From an uncultured Verrucomicrobiae bacterium (GTDB lineage: Bacteria > Verrucomicrobiota > Verrucomicrobiia > Limisphaerales > UBA1100), in contig CALKBX010000001.1 of assembly GCA_937775205.1 (NCBI GenBank), forward strand, positions 194,631 through 258,630: 64,000 bases of DNA, given 5' to 3'. Position numbers and translations under genes: made by a program. Below, one piece after another: positions 10,085 through 20,007 of this stretch (the first letter of the stretch is position 1; each line of letters begins with the position of its first letter). A model generated the notes under the pieces. The model made no database searches. It had not been told where the DNA came from and saw only the letters and a program-made list of their open reading frames with translations.

Positions 10085-11391
10085 ACAAAATGCTCCTCAT
10101 CGCAAGCAACGAATTCTCGGCCTTCGTTCGCTCCAAAGCTTTCATCATCAGCGTGCTCTTCGCGCCGGCGATCATGGGCATCTCTGTGATCATCCAAAAA
10201 GCCGCGCACGATCACGTGGACACCACCGAACGGAAATTCGCCATCATCGATGCCACCGGTCAACTGGCCGACCCACTCATCAAGGCAGCCGCCGAGCGCA
10301 ATGACGCACTCGCCGCCACGGCCGACCACGAAGCGCTGGGCGGCCCCTTCACGCCGGAGCTTGCCGAAGGTAATTCACTGCCCGAACTTCGCCTCGAATT
10401 ATCCGAACGCGTGCGGAGCAGCAACCTGTTTGCCTTCATCGAAATCCCCGCCAACATTTTGCAAACCAACGCGCCGCCGGACGCCGTCCGTTACTTTTCT
10501 GATGAGCCCACCTATCGCGATCTGCCGCGCTGGCTGAAGCAAGCCCTCACCGCTGAAGTCCGGGACCGGCGTTTTGCCAGCGCACGCATCCCCCAAGCTG
10601 CGCGCCAAATTTTTCGTCAGTTGGATATTCCAGTGAACATCGAAGCTATGGGTTTGGTGGAACTCAATTCCGAATCCGGCCAAATCGAAGACGCCCGAAA
10701 AGTCGATAAAGTCCGCGCCTTCATCGTTCCCATCGCGTTGATGATTTTGATGTACATCATCGTGCTCACGAGCACGCCGAACATTCTCAATTCCGTGCTT
10801 GAGGAAAAAATGAGTCGCATCAGCGAAGTCCTCCTCGGCTCCGTATCGCCCACCCATTTGATGCTCGGCAAACTCATTGGGTGCCTTTGGATCGCCGGCG
10901 TGCTTGCCCTGCTCTATCTCGGTAGCGCACTGGGTGCCGCGCATTACCACGGCTATGGCGATGCCGTGCCACCCGCGCTGCTTGCGTGGTTCGCCATTTA
11001 CCTACTGCTCGCCATTTTCTTTTTCGGGTCCCTCTTCATCGCCATCGGCGCGGCGTGTACCGATATCAAAAGCGCCCAAGCCGCTATGATGCCCGTGATG
11101 ATGCTGGTGATCATGCCTTTGATGGCTTTCCCGATCATTCTCAAAAACCCAAATGGCAATGTTGCCGTGGCGCTTTCCCTCTTTCCTCCCGCCACCCCCC
11201 TGCTAATGACCCTCCGCCTCGCCCTCCAACCCGGCCCGCCGCTGTGGCAACCCATCCTCGCGCTGGTGCTTACTTGCGGCACCACACTCGGAATCGTCTG
11301 GGCGGCGGGAAAAGTGTTCCGTACCGGCATCCTTATGCAGGGGAAATCCGCCAGCCTCCGAGAAATGGTGCGCTGGGTGTTTACGAAATAA
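10081..11391 (+). CDS. ABC-2 family transporter permease (NatB-like) with large periplasmic loop
   Basis: 436 aa. It has one N-terminal TM segment, a long soluble loop and then 5-6 hydrophobic segments (ILMYIIVLTS..., LIGCLWIAGVLALLYL...). It is translationally coupled to the ATPase. Confidence 0.8.
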   Translation: MNKMLLIASNEFSAFVRSKAFIISVLFAPAIMGISVIIQKAAHDHVDTTERKFAIIDATGQLADPLIKAAAERNDALAATADHEALGGPFTPELAEGNSLPELRLELSERVRSSNLFAFIEIPANILQTNAPPDAVRYFSDEPTYRDLPRWLKQALTAEVRDRRFASARIPQAARQIFRQLDIPVNIEAMGLVELNSESGQIEDARKVDKVRAFIVPIALMILMYIIVLTSTPNILNSVLEEKMSRISEVLLGSVSPTHLMLGKLIGCLWIAGVLALLYLGSALGAAHYHGYGDAVPPALLAWFAIYLLLAIFFFGSLFIAIGAACTDIKSAQAAMMPVMMLVIMPLMAFPIILKNPNGNVAVALSLFPPATPLLMTLRLALQPGPPLWQPILALVLTCGTTLGIVWAAGKVFRTGILMQGKSASLREMVRWVFTK

Positions 11392-11392
11392 T

Positions 11393-12805
11393 TCAGGAAA
11401 TAATTTTCCGCGCCACGTGCCCTTGCACATCGGTGAGCCGAAAGTCCCGACCCGCGTGGCGGAAGGTCAACCGTTCGTGATCTAACCCCATCAAATGCAA
11501 AATCGTGGCGTGCAAATCGTGCACGTGCATTATGTCTTCCACTGCCTTAAATCCAAATTCATCCGTGGCCCCGTACGCCATGCCGCCGCGCACGCCGCCG
11601 CCCGCCAGCCACATACTGAACCCGTGGTGATTGTGATCGCGCCCGTTGATTTTCCCCTCATTCGATCCTGCCTTGGGTAATTCCACCGTGGGCGTGCGGC
11701 CGAATTCACCACCCCACATCACCAGCGTATCTTCCAACAAGCCGCGTTGCTTCAAGTCCGTCAGCAGCGCGCCGATGGCTTGATCGCATTGTTTGGCAAG
11801 ATTGCGATGGTTCACCGCAATGTCATCGTGATTATCCCACGGTTGCCCGTCGCCATGCCACACCTGCACGTAGCGCACCCCGCGTTCCACGAGCCGCCGG
11901 GCGATGAGAATCTGCCGCGCCTGCGTGGTGTCGCCGTACAATTGACGGATGTGTTTTGGTTCGCGGTTGATATCAAACGCGTCGCTCGCTTCCATCTGCA
12001 TTCGGTACGCGAGTTCAAAGGAATGGATGCGTGCCTCAAGCTGCGCCTCATTTTGCCGCGCCTTGGCGTGGCGTTCATTCATGCGGCGCAATAAATCCAA
12101 CTGTCGCCGCTGCTGCTCCAGCGTGAGGCGCGGATTGCGAATGTGCTGAATAAGATCTTCCACCTTGCGCTTGCGCGTGTCGATGTACGTGCCCTGAAAT
12201 GCGCCGGGCAAAAACGAACATTGCCAGTTTTGCGATTCCTGAATGGGATAGCCCGGGCACATTGCGATGAAGCCCGGCAGGTTTTGATTTTCCGTGCCCA
12301 ATCCGTACGTGAGCCAGGATCCCACGCTTGGTCGGGTGACGATGGATTCGCCGCAATTCATCAGCATCAGCGAAGGTTCGTGATTGGGCACATCCGCTCT
12401 CAAACTGCGCAGCACACAAATATCATCCATATGCTTCGCCGTGTACGGGAAAATTTCACTCACCGGCAAACCGCTTTGTCCGTGCCGTGTAAACTTGTAC
12501 GGCGAAGGCAACGCCGCGCCCGTGGTTCGTTCGGTGGGCAGATTGGGCATCGGCAACATTTTGCCCGCGTACTTTCCCAATGCCGGTTTGGGATCAAACG
12601 TGTCCACGTGCGATGGCCCGCCGTTCATGAATAAATGGATAATGCGCTTGGCGCGCGGCCGGAAGTGCGGCGCCTTCGGGGACAACGGATTTGCCTTGGC
12701 CAGCATCCCACCCAGCCCTAGCGCACCCATCCCCATTCCCGCACGCGCCAGAAAATCACGCCGCGTGTAGGTGAGGTGCTCCGGGTTCAACGGATGATGC
12801 TCCAT
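11393..12805 (-). CDS. DUF1501 family (sulfatase-like fold) TAT-signal protein
   Basis: ORF trimmed to ATG 12805 (MEHHPLNPEHLTYTRRDFLARAGMGMGALGLGGMLA, a TAT signal). HLFMNGGPSHVDTFDPKP, the GRDHN motif and GGGVRGG are typical of DUF1501. Confidence 0.85.
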   Translation of the reverse strand: MEHHPLNPEHLTYTRRDFLARAGMGMGALGLGGMLAKANPLSPKAPHFRPRAKRIIHLFMNGGPSHVDTFDPKPALGKYAGKMLPMPNLPTERTTGAALPSPYKFTRHGQSGLPVSEIFPYTAKHMDDICVLRSLRADVPNHEPSLMLMNCGESIVTRPSVGSWLTYGLGTENQNLPGFIAMCPGYPIQESQNWQCSFLPGAFQGTYIDTRKRKVEDLIQHIRNPRLTLEQQRRQLDLLRRMNERHAKARQNEAQLEARIHSFELAYRMQMEASDAFDINREPKHIRQLYGDTTQARQILIARRLVERGVRYVQVWHGDGQPWDNHDDIAVNHRNLAKQCDQAIGALLTDLKQRGLLEDTLVMWGGEFGRTPTVELPKAGSNEGKINGRDHNHHGFSMWLAGGGVRGGMAYGATDEFGFKAVEDIMHVHDLHATILHLMGLDHERLTFRHAGRDFRLTDVQGHVARKIIS

Positions 12806-12843
12806 GCGCAAACAATCGCGCCCGCGCGGCAAAAAGTCGAACC

Positions 12844-13491
12844 TTACTGCTGCACGAAGTAGCTCAGGTTTTCCAATTCGATGGCCATGTTCACGTTATT
12901 CACCGTCACCTCATCGGGCACCTGCAAAACGGTGGGGGCGAAATTCATGATCCCCGTCACACCCGCCTCCACCAAATCATTGGCCACCTCCTGTGCTTCC
13001 TCGGGCGGCACACATAGGATCGCCATTCGGACGTGAAACTCGGTAACGTAATCGCCCAATTTTTCCATCGGAAAAATTGGCTGCTTCACCCGCTTATCCC
13101 GCTGGCGATCGTGATGCGCATCAAACGCCGCGTGCACCCCAAAGCCCTCTTTTTCAAAACCGCGATACGACAGCAACGCCGTGCCAAGATTGCCCACCCC
13201 CACCAACACCACCGGCTGCAAATGATCCGTGCCCATCAGATCCGCGATCATTTTGATGAGCTGCTCCACATCATAGCCCAAGCCGCGCGTGCCGAACTGC
13301 CCGAAGTACGCGAGATCCTTGCGCAACTGCGGCGACTTAACTCCAGCCGCCCCCGCCAACGCCTCGCTGCTCACCGTGTGAATCCCATTCGCCAGCAACC
13401 GCTGCAAACAACGCGTGTAAATGGACAGTCGGTAAACCGTCTTACGCGGGATCTCCGGACGCGCATTGCGCGCTTTTTTTTTGACAGCCAT
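12844..13491 (-). CDS. rex: Redox-sensing transcriptional repressor Rex
   Basis: 215 aa. IPRKTVYRLSIYTRCLQRL...VSSEALAGAAGVKSPQLRKDLAYFGQFGTRGLGYDV is the winged helix, VVLVGVGNLGTALLSY is the Rossmann motif, and the tail is GIMNFAP...ELENLSYF. All are classic Rex motifs. Confidence 0.9.
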   Translation of the reverse strand: MAVKKKARNARPEIPRKTVYRLSIYTRCLQRLLANGIHTVSSEALAGAAGVKSPQLRKDLAYFGQFGTRGLGYDVEQLIKMIADLMGTDHLQPVVLVGVGNLGTALLSYRGFEKEGFGVHAAFDAHHDRQRDKRVKQPIFPMEKLGDYVTEFHVRMAILCVPPEEAQEVANDLVEAGVTGIMNFAPTVLQVPDEVTVNNVNMAIELENLSYFVQQ

Positions 13492-13556
13492 CGTGGAAAC
13501 TATCCCCGCCAGAGACGCGAGAGGTCAAGGTTATTGCCTAATTTGCCGTCGACCCA

Positions 13557-15923
13557 TCAATCGACAAACCCGAATTCATTCGACAAAAGCAGCACCTGCG
13601 CCAGTTGATTGAAACCTTGATTTTGTTCTTTCCCGCCGGCGGCTTCCAGGAATTTCAGCGCTTCGATAATCTCCGCATCGGTGGGATTGCGCTGAAATAT
13701 TTTTTGATACAGCACCTTCACACGCGCCTGGCCCAACGGCGCTTGCTTCGCCGCGATTTCCTGAAGCTTGTCTGACTGCGCGATAAGGAAGGGGCTGTTC
13801 ATCAAAAATAATGCCTGTTGCGGCACGGTGTTTTCGAAACGTTCCGGGCAATGGGCATCAGGGTTGGCGAAATCAAAAGTACGGAACAGCGCGGGCAAAT
13901 TCTGGCGGTCGATGAATCCGTACAATGTGCGGCGCGGCGTGCTCGGATGTTTGGCAATGTTTACAGGCCGACCGCCCACAGCGAGATCCAGCTGGCCGCT
14001 CGCCTGCAAAATTGCGTCGCGCAGCGCTTCAAATGAAAGGCGTTGCCGATTCATTTTCCACAGCAATGTGTTGGCGGGATCGTTGCGCGAATAGCCCGCG
14101 CGATCGCTGCTCTCCTGTTGATATGTGGCTGAAAGCATGATGTGCCGATGGAGTTTTTTGATGGACCACCCATCGGCCACAAAACGCGCGGCCAACCAAT
14201 CGAGCAACATTGGATGCGAAGGCGGCTGCGCGCGCAGGCCAAAGTCGCTGGGGGTGACCACCAGCCCGCGCCCGAAATGATGTGCCCACACGCGGTTCAC
14301 CATCACCCGCGCGGTGAGCGGATTTTTGGGATCCACTATTGCCCGCGCCAATTCCAGCCGACCGCTGCCTTTGCCGAAGGGTTTACGATTGGGCGCGAGA
14401 TGTTCGAGGAATTGCCGAGGCACCTTCGCCCCGCGATTGGCCCGACTGCCCCGCACAAAAATAAACGGCTCCGCCGCGCGCGGTTTGTCGAGCATCACAT
14501 GGGCGCGCGGCGGCGCGCCCGGATGCGTGTAAGCCAGCTTGCCCAAGTTGCTACGCAGGTTTTTCAATTTGTTGCGTTGGCCAAACAGCAAGCTGTTGCG
14601 ATCGTTTTCACCCAACGTCTCCGGCACATTGGCCGGTGTGTCTTCCGCGTGCAACACTTGCCGAATGGCTTCCCAATTTGCATCGGCCAGCGCGGAGGCA
14701 TTTCGATCTTTTTTGCGCAACGCATTCCACTGGCGTTCCACTTCCACAAACAAGTCGCTGTAAATTTTCACTTGCGCCTTGCTATCTGGCGCACGTTTGA
14801 CCAACGGATTCCCCTCCCCCTCCAGGCGATGCCATGCAAGGAACACGGGGTGCTTTTCCACCTTCCATTTGGCCAACGCGCGCTGCCAATTCAGCGCGGA
14901 GACGATGTTGAGTTTTCGTTGGATGAGCAATTGCACGGCGGCTTTCTTCTTGAGTTTTTCAAATTCAACATCGTAAACAGCTCCAAGGTATTCGCCGGCG
15001 CGGCGACGTAATTCCGCACGACCCTTGGCATACGTATCGCGAACAAGCGCGTCGATCGCGGCTTGTTGGCGTTGTTTTTCTTTTAAGTACCCAGCGTGTT
15101 GAGGCGGCAATGAACCTTTCCCAAGCAGGGGCAGTTCCTTCGGCTCGTGACTGCTGGCGAATACGCCGTGCAATGAATAATAATCGGCGGTGGGAATGGG
15201 ATCGTATTTGTGATCGTGACAGCGTGCGCAAGTGACAGTGAGCGCCATGAACCCGCGCGTCACCACATCGATGCGGTCATCGATGATGTCATCCTCGCGA
15301 TTGAGAAAACGGCGGCCCAAAGTGAGGTAGCCCATCGCGGCGAGCGGGCGTTTATCATCACCGAGCTCAAGCTGGTCAGCGGCGATTTGTTCGAGAACGA
15401 AACGATTATACGGAAGGTCTTCGTTAAATGCGCGGACCACATAATCGCGGTAAGTGTAGGAGTAAGGATAAAGGCGGTCGACCCCCACGCCCACGTACCC
15501 CTTGTTGTCCGCATAACGCGCCACATCGAGCCAATGCCGCGCCCAGCGTTCGCCGTAATGCGGCGATGCGAGCAGTCGATCGATGAGCTTGGGCCATGCG
15601 TTGGGGGAATCATCCGCCACAAAAGTTTGCACCTCGGCAAACGTAGGGGCCAAGCCGGTGAGATCAAATGAAGCCCGGCGAATCAACGTGCGCCGATCCG
15701 CGCGCGGGGAAGGCACCCGGCCCCAAGCCTCCAATCCCGCTAACACAAATCGATCCACCGGCGTGCGCGGCCACTTGGCTCCGCTCACATTGGGCAATAC
15801 GGGTGGTTTCACGGCTTGAAACGCCCAGTGATTTTTCACCTGTGCAGCGGTGGACAACGGTGGCGTGGACGCACCCCACACCATCTCGACCACAAAAATT
15901 AAAACTAAAAAACAACGATTCAT
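13557..15923 (-). CDS. DUF1549 + DUF1553 (PSD1) domain protein, secreted
   Basis: ORF trimmed to ATG 15923 (MNRCFLVLIFVVEMVWG signal). The DUF1549 motif is PVDRFVLAGLEA...RRTLIRRASFDLTGLAP. CARCHDHKYDPIPTADYYSL and the C-terminal DUF1553 block FDFANPDAHCPERFENTVPQQALFLMN are present. Confidence 0.85.
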   Translation of the reverse strand: MNRCFLVLIFVVEMVWGASTPPLSTAAQVKNHWAFQAVKPPVLPNVSGAKWPRTPVDRFVLAGLEAWGRVPSPRADRRTLIRRASFDLTGLAPTFAEVQTFVADDSPNAWPKLIDRLLASPHYGERWARHWLDVARYADNKGYVGVGVDRLYPYSYTYRDYVVRAFNEDLPYNRFVLEQIAADQLELGDDKRPLAAMGYLTLGRRFLNREDDIIDDRIDVVTRGFMALTVTCARCHDHKYDPIPTADYYSLHGVFASSHEPKELPLLGKGSLPPQHAGYLKEKQRQQAAIDALVRDTYAKGRAELRRRAGEYLGAVYDVEFEKLKKKAAVQLLIQRKLNIVSALNWQRALAKWKVEKHPVFLAWHRLEGEGNPLVKRAPDSKAQVKIYSDLFVEVERQWNALRKKDRNASALADANWEAIRQVLHAEDTPANVPETLGENDRNSLLFGQRNKLKNLRSNLGKLAYTHPGAPPRAHVMLDKPRAAEPFIFVRGSRANRGAKVPRQFLEHLAPNRKPFGKGSGRLELARAIVDPKNPLTARVMVNRVWAHHFGRGLVVTPSDFGLRAQPPSHPMLLDWLAARFVADGWSIKKLHRHIMLSATYQQESSDRAGYSRNDPANTLLWKMNRQRLSFEALRDAILQASGQLDLAVGGRPVNIAKHPSTPRRTLYGFIDRQNLPALFRTFDFANPDAHCPERFENTVPQQALFLMNSPFLIAQSDKLQEIAAKQAPLGQARVKVLYQKIFQRNPTDAEIIEALKFLEAAGGKEQNQGFNQLAQVLLLSNEFGFVD

Positions 15924-16012
15924 TTCGGGAGCTTTTGTTCGGCGAGCAATTGAATCCATTTTGGATCGGGGAATTCAGACGCCGTGTCATAAATCTGTCA
16001 AACCCGAAAATG

Positions 16013-17146
16013 CTATGCCTCTTCCAGCAAACGCAACACCGCCTTGGCTGCGCGGGGGGCGGCACCTTTTTGGCCGAGGGTTTGGGCGATTTGGTTGAGG
16101 TCGGTGCGGAGCGTTTTACGGCGGCCGTGGTCATCAATTAAACGGCTGGCTTCGCGGGCAAGGTTTTTTGCAGTGGCGGCGCGTTGGATGAATTCGGGAA
16201 ACACTTCGCGCTCGGCCAACACGTTGGGCATGGCGATGTGTTTCACCTTCACGAACAAACGGCCGAGCAGATAAGTGATCCAAGAGGTTTTATAAAGCAC
16301 CACCGTGGGCACGCGAAACCACGCGCACTCGAGGGTGACGGTGCCGGAAGAAGCAATCGCCACGTCGGCCTCGGCGAGGGCATCGTGCAGTCCACCAATG
16401 CGCAGATCCCAATCGGCCACGGCGGGAGTCAAAAGACGCGCGTGGGCGGCGATAGATTCATTGGGGAACACAATCATGAGCTCGGCATTCAAGCGACTCG
16501 CAGCGACGGCCATCACGGGAAGGTGACGGCTAATTTCCTTGGCTCGGCTGCCGGGGAGGAGGAGGAGGCGCGGCGGATCGTGCAGTTCATTGGGCTCGCG
16601 AAATTCTAAATCCGGATAGCGGTCGCACAGTGGATGGCCGACAAACTCGACCGGCAAACCGGGTGCGCGCTTGGCGTACCATTCTTTTTCAAACGGAAAA
16701 ATGCTGAGCAACAAGTCGACGTCGCGGGCGATTTGATGCACGCGCGAGGAATGCCACGCCCACAGTTGCGGGCTGATGTAATAAATAATGCGCGGCCGCC
16801 AATCGGTGCCGGCGGCGCGTTGGCGCAGGGCGCGCACGAAGCGCAAATTGAAACCGGGGTTGTCGATGCAAATTATGGCTTCGGGTTTTTGCTCGAATGC
16901 GAGGTCCAGCAATTGGTCGAAGAAGCGTTTAAATTTTCCGTAATTACGAACCGCCTCCCAAATGCCGACCACGGCGTGCTCCGTAAGATCCAGCGCGAGG
17001 TTCACGCCGGCGGCTTGCATCCCGGGACCGCCCGCGCCGAAGGCTTCCACTTCGCCACCCTCGGCTCGCAAGGCATCAAGCAATTCGACAGCCAGCGTGT
17101 CGCCGCTCGTTTCGCCGGCCATGAACATGATGCGGCGGGCGCTCAT
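16013..17146 (-). CDS. lpxB: Lipid-A-disaccharide synthase LpxB
   Basis: ORF 16013..17380 trimmed to ATG 17146 (MSARRIMFMAGETSGD, the canonical LpxB N-terminus). The start overlaps the upstream stop as ATGA. LLPGSR and ASGTVTLE motifs are present. Confidence 0.9.
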   Translation of the reverse strand: MSARRIMFMAGETSGDTLAVELLDALRAEGGEVEAFGAGGPGMQAAGVNLALDLTEHAVVGIWEAVRNYGKFKRFFDQLLDLAFEQKPEAIICIDNPGFNLRFVRALRQRAAGTDWRPRIIYYISPQLWAWHSSRVHQIARDVDLLLSIFPFEKEWYAKRAPGLPVEFVGHPLCDRYPDLEFREPNELHDPPRLLLLPGSRAKEISRHLPVMAVAASRLNAELMIVFPNESIAAHARLLTPAVADWDLRIGGLHDALAEADVAIASSGTVTLECAWFRVPTVVLYKTSWITYLLGRLFVKVKHIAMPNVLAEREVFPEFIQRAATAKNLAREASRLIDDHGRRKTLRTDLNQIAQTLGQKGAAPRAAKAVLRLLEEA

Positions 17147-18168
17147 GCGGTTTCGAGTTCCTGAATCTGCCGCGTGATTTCCAGCGCCACATCGAGCGCT
17201 TGCTTGGCGGATTCGCCGCTGACCTTCGGCGTTTGCTGCTCGCGCACGCATTGGGCGAAGTGCCGCAGTTCCTGCAACAACGGGTCGTCCTTTTCGATAG
17301 GCACCGGCTCGCGCACGACGCGTTTGCCGCCGAACTCGCTTACGATGGCGGTGTCCTTGGAGCGTAAAAGTTTTTTCCACAAACTGGATTCCTCTTCGCC
17401 ATCACGCGCGATGCGGTAAATGAAGCCCTCTTGCCTACCATAATCGAGGGACACATAACTCGTCATTTCGCCGCCGCTAAACACGCGAATCTTGCGCATG
17501 CTCTCGGGGCTCACGCGACTGGCGGTGAGGTTGGCCACGCAACCGTTCTCAAACTTGAGCCGTGCATTAGCGATGTCCTCCGAATCGCTGAGCACGGACA
17601 CGCCCACGCCGTCGACCGATTTCAGCGGCGAATCCACAAAAGCCAGCACGATGTCGAGATCGTGGATCATAAGGTCAAGCACTACGCCAATATCGAGGCT
17701 GCGCTTGGGATACGGCGACAGGCGATGCGTCTCGATAAAGCGCGGCTCGCGCGCGACGCTTTGCAGATAATCAAAAACCGGATTGAAGCGCTCGATGTGG
17801 CCGACTTGCAGCACGCATTTATTTTCGCGCGCGAGCTGCACAAGCTCGGCGGCTTGGACGGTGGTGTCGGTCATCGGTTTTTCCACGAGCACGTGACGCC
17901 CCGAGCGCAGTATTTCGCTGGCCAAATCAAAATGCGTGAATGTGGGCGTGACCACATTCAGCGCCTCGGCCGCAGCGATGGCGGCTCCCACGGAAGCGAG
18001 CACCGGCACGTTGTATTTTGCGGCGATGGTCTTGGCGCGGGCGGTGTCGGCATCGTACAGCCCCACGAAATCCACCACCCCCTCGCGCGCGAGTCCGGCA
18101 TAATGTTTAGCGTGATGTTGCCCCAACGAGCCCACGCCCAGCACCGCCACTTTTAATACATCCGACAC
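17143..18168 (-). CDS. Gfo/Idh/MocA family NAD(P)-dependent oxidoreductase, translationally coupled to lpxB
   Basis: 341 aa. The N-terminal Rossmann motif is LKVAVLGVGSLGQHHAKH and the EKP motif is VLVEKPM. A 4-nt ATGA overlap links it to lpxB. Confidence 0.85.
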   Translation of the reverse strand: MSDVLKVAVLGVGSLGQHHAKHYAGLAREGVVDFVGLYDADTARAKTIAAKYNVPVLASVGAAIAAAEALNVVTPTFTHFDLASEILRSGRHVLVEKPMTDTTVQAAELVQLARENKCVLQVGHIERFNPVFDYLQSVAREPRFIETHRLSPYPKRSLDIGVVLDLMIHDLDIVLAFVDSPLKSVDGVGVSVLSDSEDIANARLKFENGCVANLTASRVSPESMRKIRVFSGGEMTSYVSLDYGRQEGFIYRIARDGEEESSLWKKLLRSKDTAIVSEFGGKRVVREPVPIEKDDPLLQELRHFAQCVREQQTPKVSGESAKQALDVALEITRQIQELETA

Positions 18169-18273
18169 GCGGGGAGGTTCGGGGTTCCCACTCTCTGATT
18201 CAAGGTTAACCTTGAATCGCGCCCCTCAAAACCCGACCCTCCGCCCGTGGATTCCTCCAAAACCAGCGACCTC

Positions 18274-19245
18274 ATGCGAATTACCGTGCTCGGCGCGGGA
18301 GCGTGGGGGACCACGCTGGCCAAGATCGCTCACGAAGCCGGGCACGAACTCACTCTCTGGGGCCACCCCGAACGCCTCGCGGCTATAGCTTACAAAAAGG
18401 AAAACACCGAATATCTCCCCGGCATTCCATTGCCCGATTCGTGGCGCTTGGAAGCCGATTGGGAAACCGCGCTCGACGAAGCGGAGGCGGTGATTGTCGC
18501 CGTGCCTTCGGCGTCCTTCCGCACGGTGGCCACTGGGCTCGATGGATTCAGCGGCATCGCCGTCACGGTCACCAAAGGCATCGAGCACGCCACCGGCCTC
18601 ACGATGGGGGGCATCCTCAACCAAACCGCGCCGGAGGCCACCGTGGTCGCGTTGTCCGGCCCGTCCCTCGCGGTGGAAGTGGCGCGTAATATTCCCACCG
18701 CTTTGGTAGCCGCCAGCGAAGACGAAGCCGCCGCCGCCTGCGTGCAGGAATGGCTGCACCGACCCACCCTGCGCGTTTACACCAGCGCGGACGTGCTCGG
18801 CGTGGAACTCGGCGGCGCATTAAAAAACGTGATGGCCATCGCCGCCGGCGTGTGTGACGGCCTCCAACTGGGCGACAACGCCAAGGCCGCGCTCATCACG
18901 CGCGGCCTGCGCGAGATGCGGAGGCTCGGCACCGCGGCCGGCGCGCAGCCCAATACCTTCAACGGCCTCAGCGGCATGGGCGATCTCACGGTGACGTGTT
19001 TCTCTAAACAAAGCCGCAACCGCACCCTCGGCGAACGCATCGCCAAAGGCGAACCACTGGAAACCGTGCTCGCTTCAGCCACGGCGGAAGGGCATCCCAC
19101 CGCGAAATCCGCGCGCGCACTGGCCCAAGCGCTCGACGTGGAAACGCCGATCATCGAACAAGTGCACGCGATGCTTTACGAAGGCAAAGGCCCGAAGGAG
19201 GCACTGAGGGAGTTGATGACGCGCGAGCGGCGTGGCGAGGACTGA
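18274..19245 (+). CDS. gpsA: NAD(P)H-dependent glycerol-3-phosphate dehydrogenase GpsA
   Basis: MRITVLGAGAWGTTLA at the N-terminus and GALKNVMAIAAG, GLSGMGDLTVTCFS internally. The ORF track starts 9 codons earlier at a GTG (18247). Confidence 0.9.
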   Translation: MRITVLGAGAWGTTLAKIAHEAGHELTLWGHPERLAAIAYKKENTEYLPGIPLPDSWRLEADWETALDEAEAVIVAVPSASFRTVATGLDGFSGIAVTVTKGIEHATGLTMGGILNQTAPEATVVALSGPSLAVEVARNIPTALVAASEDEAAAACVQEWLHRPTLRVYTSADVLGVELGGALKNVMAIAAGVCDGLQLGDNAKAALITRGLREMRRLGTAAGAQPNTFNGLSGMGDLTVTCFSKQSRNRTLGERIAKGEPLETVLASATAEGHPTAKSARALAQALDVETPIIEQVHAMLYEGKGPKEALRELMTRERRGED

Positions 19246-19270
19246 GGCAATCTACGATTAGCTTTAATCG

Positions 19271-19867
19271 TCAGTCAAAAATCAGATCCATCAATTCCTC
19301 GTATTTTGTCACTGCGGGAAACTGCGGAAATTCTTCAATCACATTTTCCGGCGCGCGAAACAAAATCCCTTTCTCGGCTTGGCCGAGCATTGAAGTGTCG
19401 TTGTAAGCATCACCGGCGGCGATGACGCGGTAGTTTAACGATTGGAATGCGGCCACGCTTTTTCGTTTTTGATCCGGCTGACGCAATTGATAATTCACGA
19501 TCACATCGTCTTTCACTTCGAGGTGATGACAAAAAAGCGTAGGCCAATCAAGCTGACGCATCAACGGCGTGGCGAATTGCAAAAAGGTGTCGGAGAGAAT
19601 GATCAGTTGCGTCCGGGCTCGCAATTCGTCAACGAACGCCTTGGCGCCCTCCATCGGGGCGAGCGTGTCGATGACGGATTGGATGTCGCTGAGTTTGAGA
19701 TTGTTTTCCGCCAGCAAATCGAGGCGATAACGCATCAGCACATCGTAATCCGGCTCATCACGCGTGGTGCGGCGCAAGGCTTCGATGCCAGTTTTCTCGG
19801 CGACGGCGATCCAAATTTCCGGCACCAAAACGCCTTCGAGATCCAATGTGACGATCGTTTGTTTCAT
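19271..19867 (-). CDS. thrH: ThrH-type phosphoserine phosphatase / homoserine phosphotransferase (HAD family)
   Basis: 198 aa. It is near-colinear with Pseudomonas ThrH as I remember it: LDLEGVLVPEIWIAVAEKTGI...TTRDEPDYDVLMRYRL...ILSDTF...YRVIAAGDAYNDTSML...FRAPENVIEEFPQFPAV. Confidence 0.85.
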   Translation of the reverse strand: MKQTIVTLDLEGVLVPEIWIAVAEKTGIEALRRTTRDEPDYDVLMRYRLDLLAENNLKLSDIQSVIDTLAPMEGAKAFVDELRARTQLIILSDTFLQFATPLMRQLDWPTLFCHHLEVKDDVIVNYQLRQPDQKRKSVAAFQSLNYRVIAAGDAYNDTSMLGQAEKGILFRAPENVIEEFPQFPAVTKYEELMDLIFD

Positions 19868-20007
19868 GGACGAGTTGATAACCAGCTGGGACAGTGTCGG
19901 CGAGAAAAAAACCCGAATGAATTCACAAATTATCGCGATGTCGGCATCGAAATTGTTTATTAGTGTTGCTAGTTTAGCAATGGGATCCAGATGCGAGTCA
20001 AGGCAAA

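Noticed and set aside
19911-19928. Rex-operator-like sequence ACCCGAATGAATTCACAA upstream of thrH (perfect TTCACAA half-site).
   Set aside because: The left half matches only 3 of 7 positions of TTGTGAA. A single half-site is expected by chance in 64 kb.
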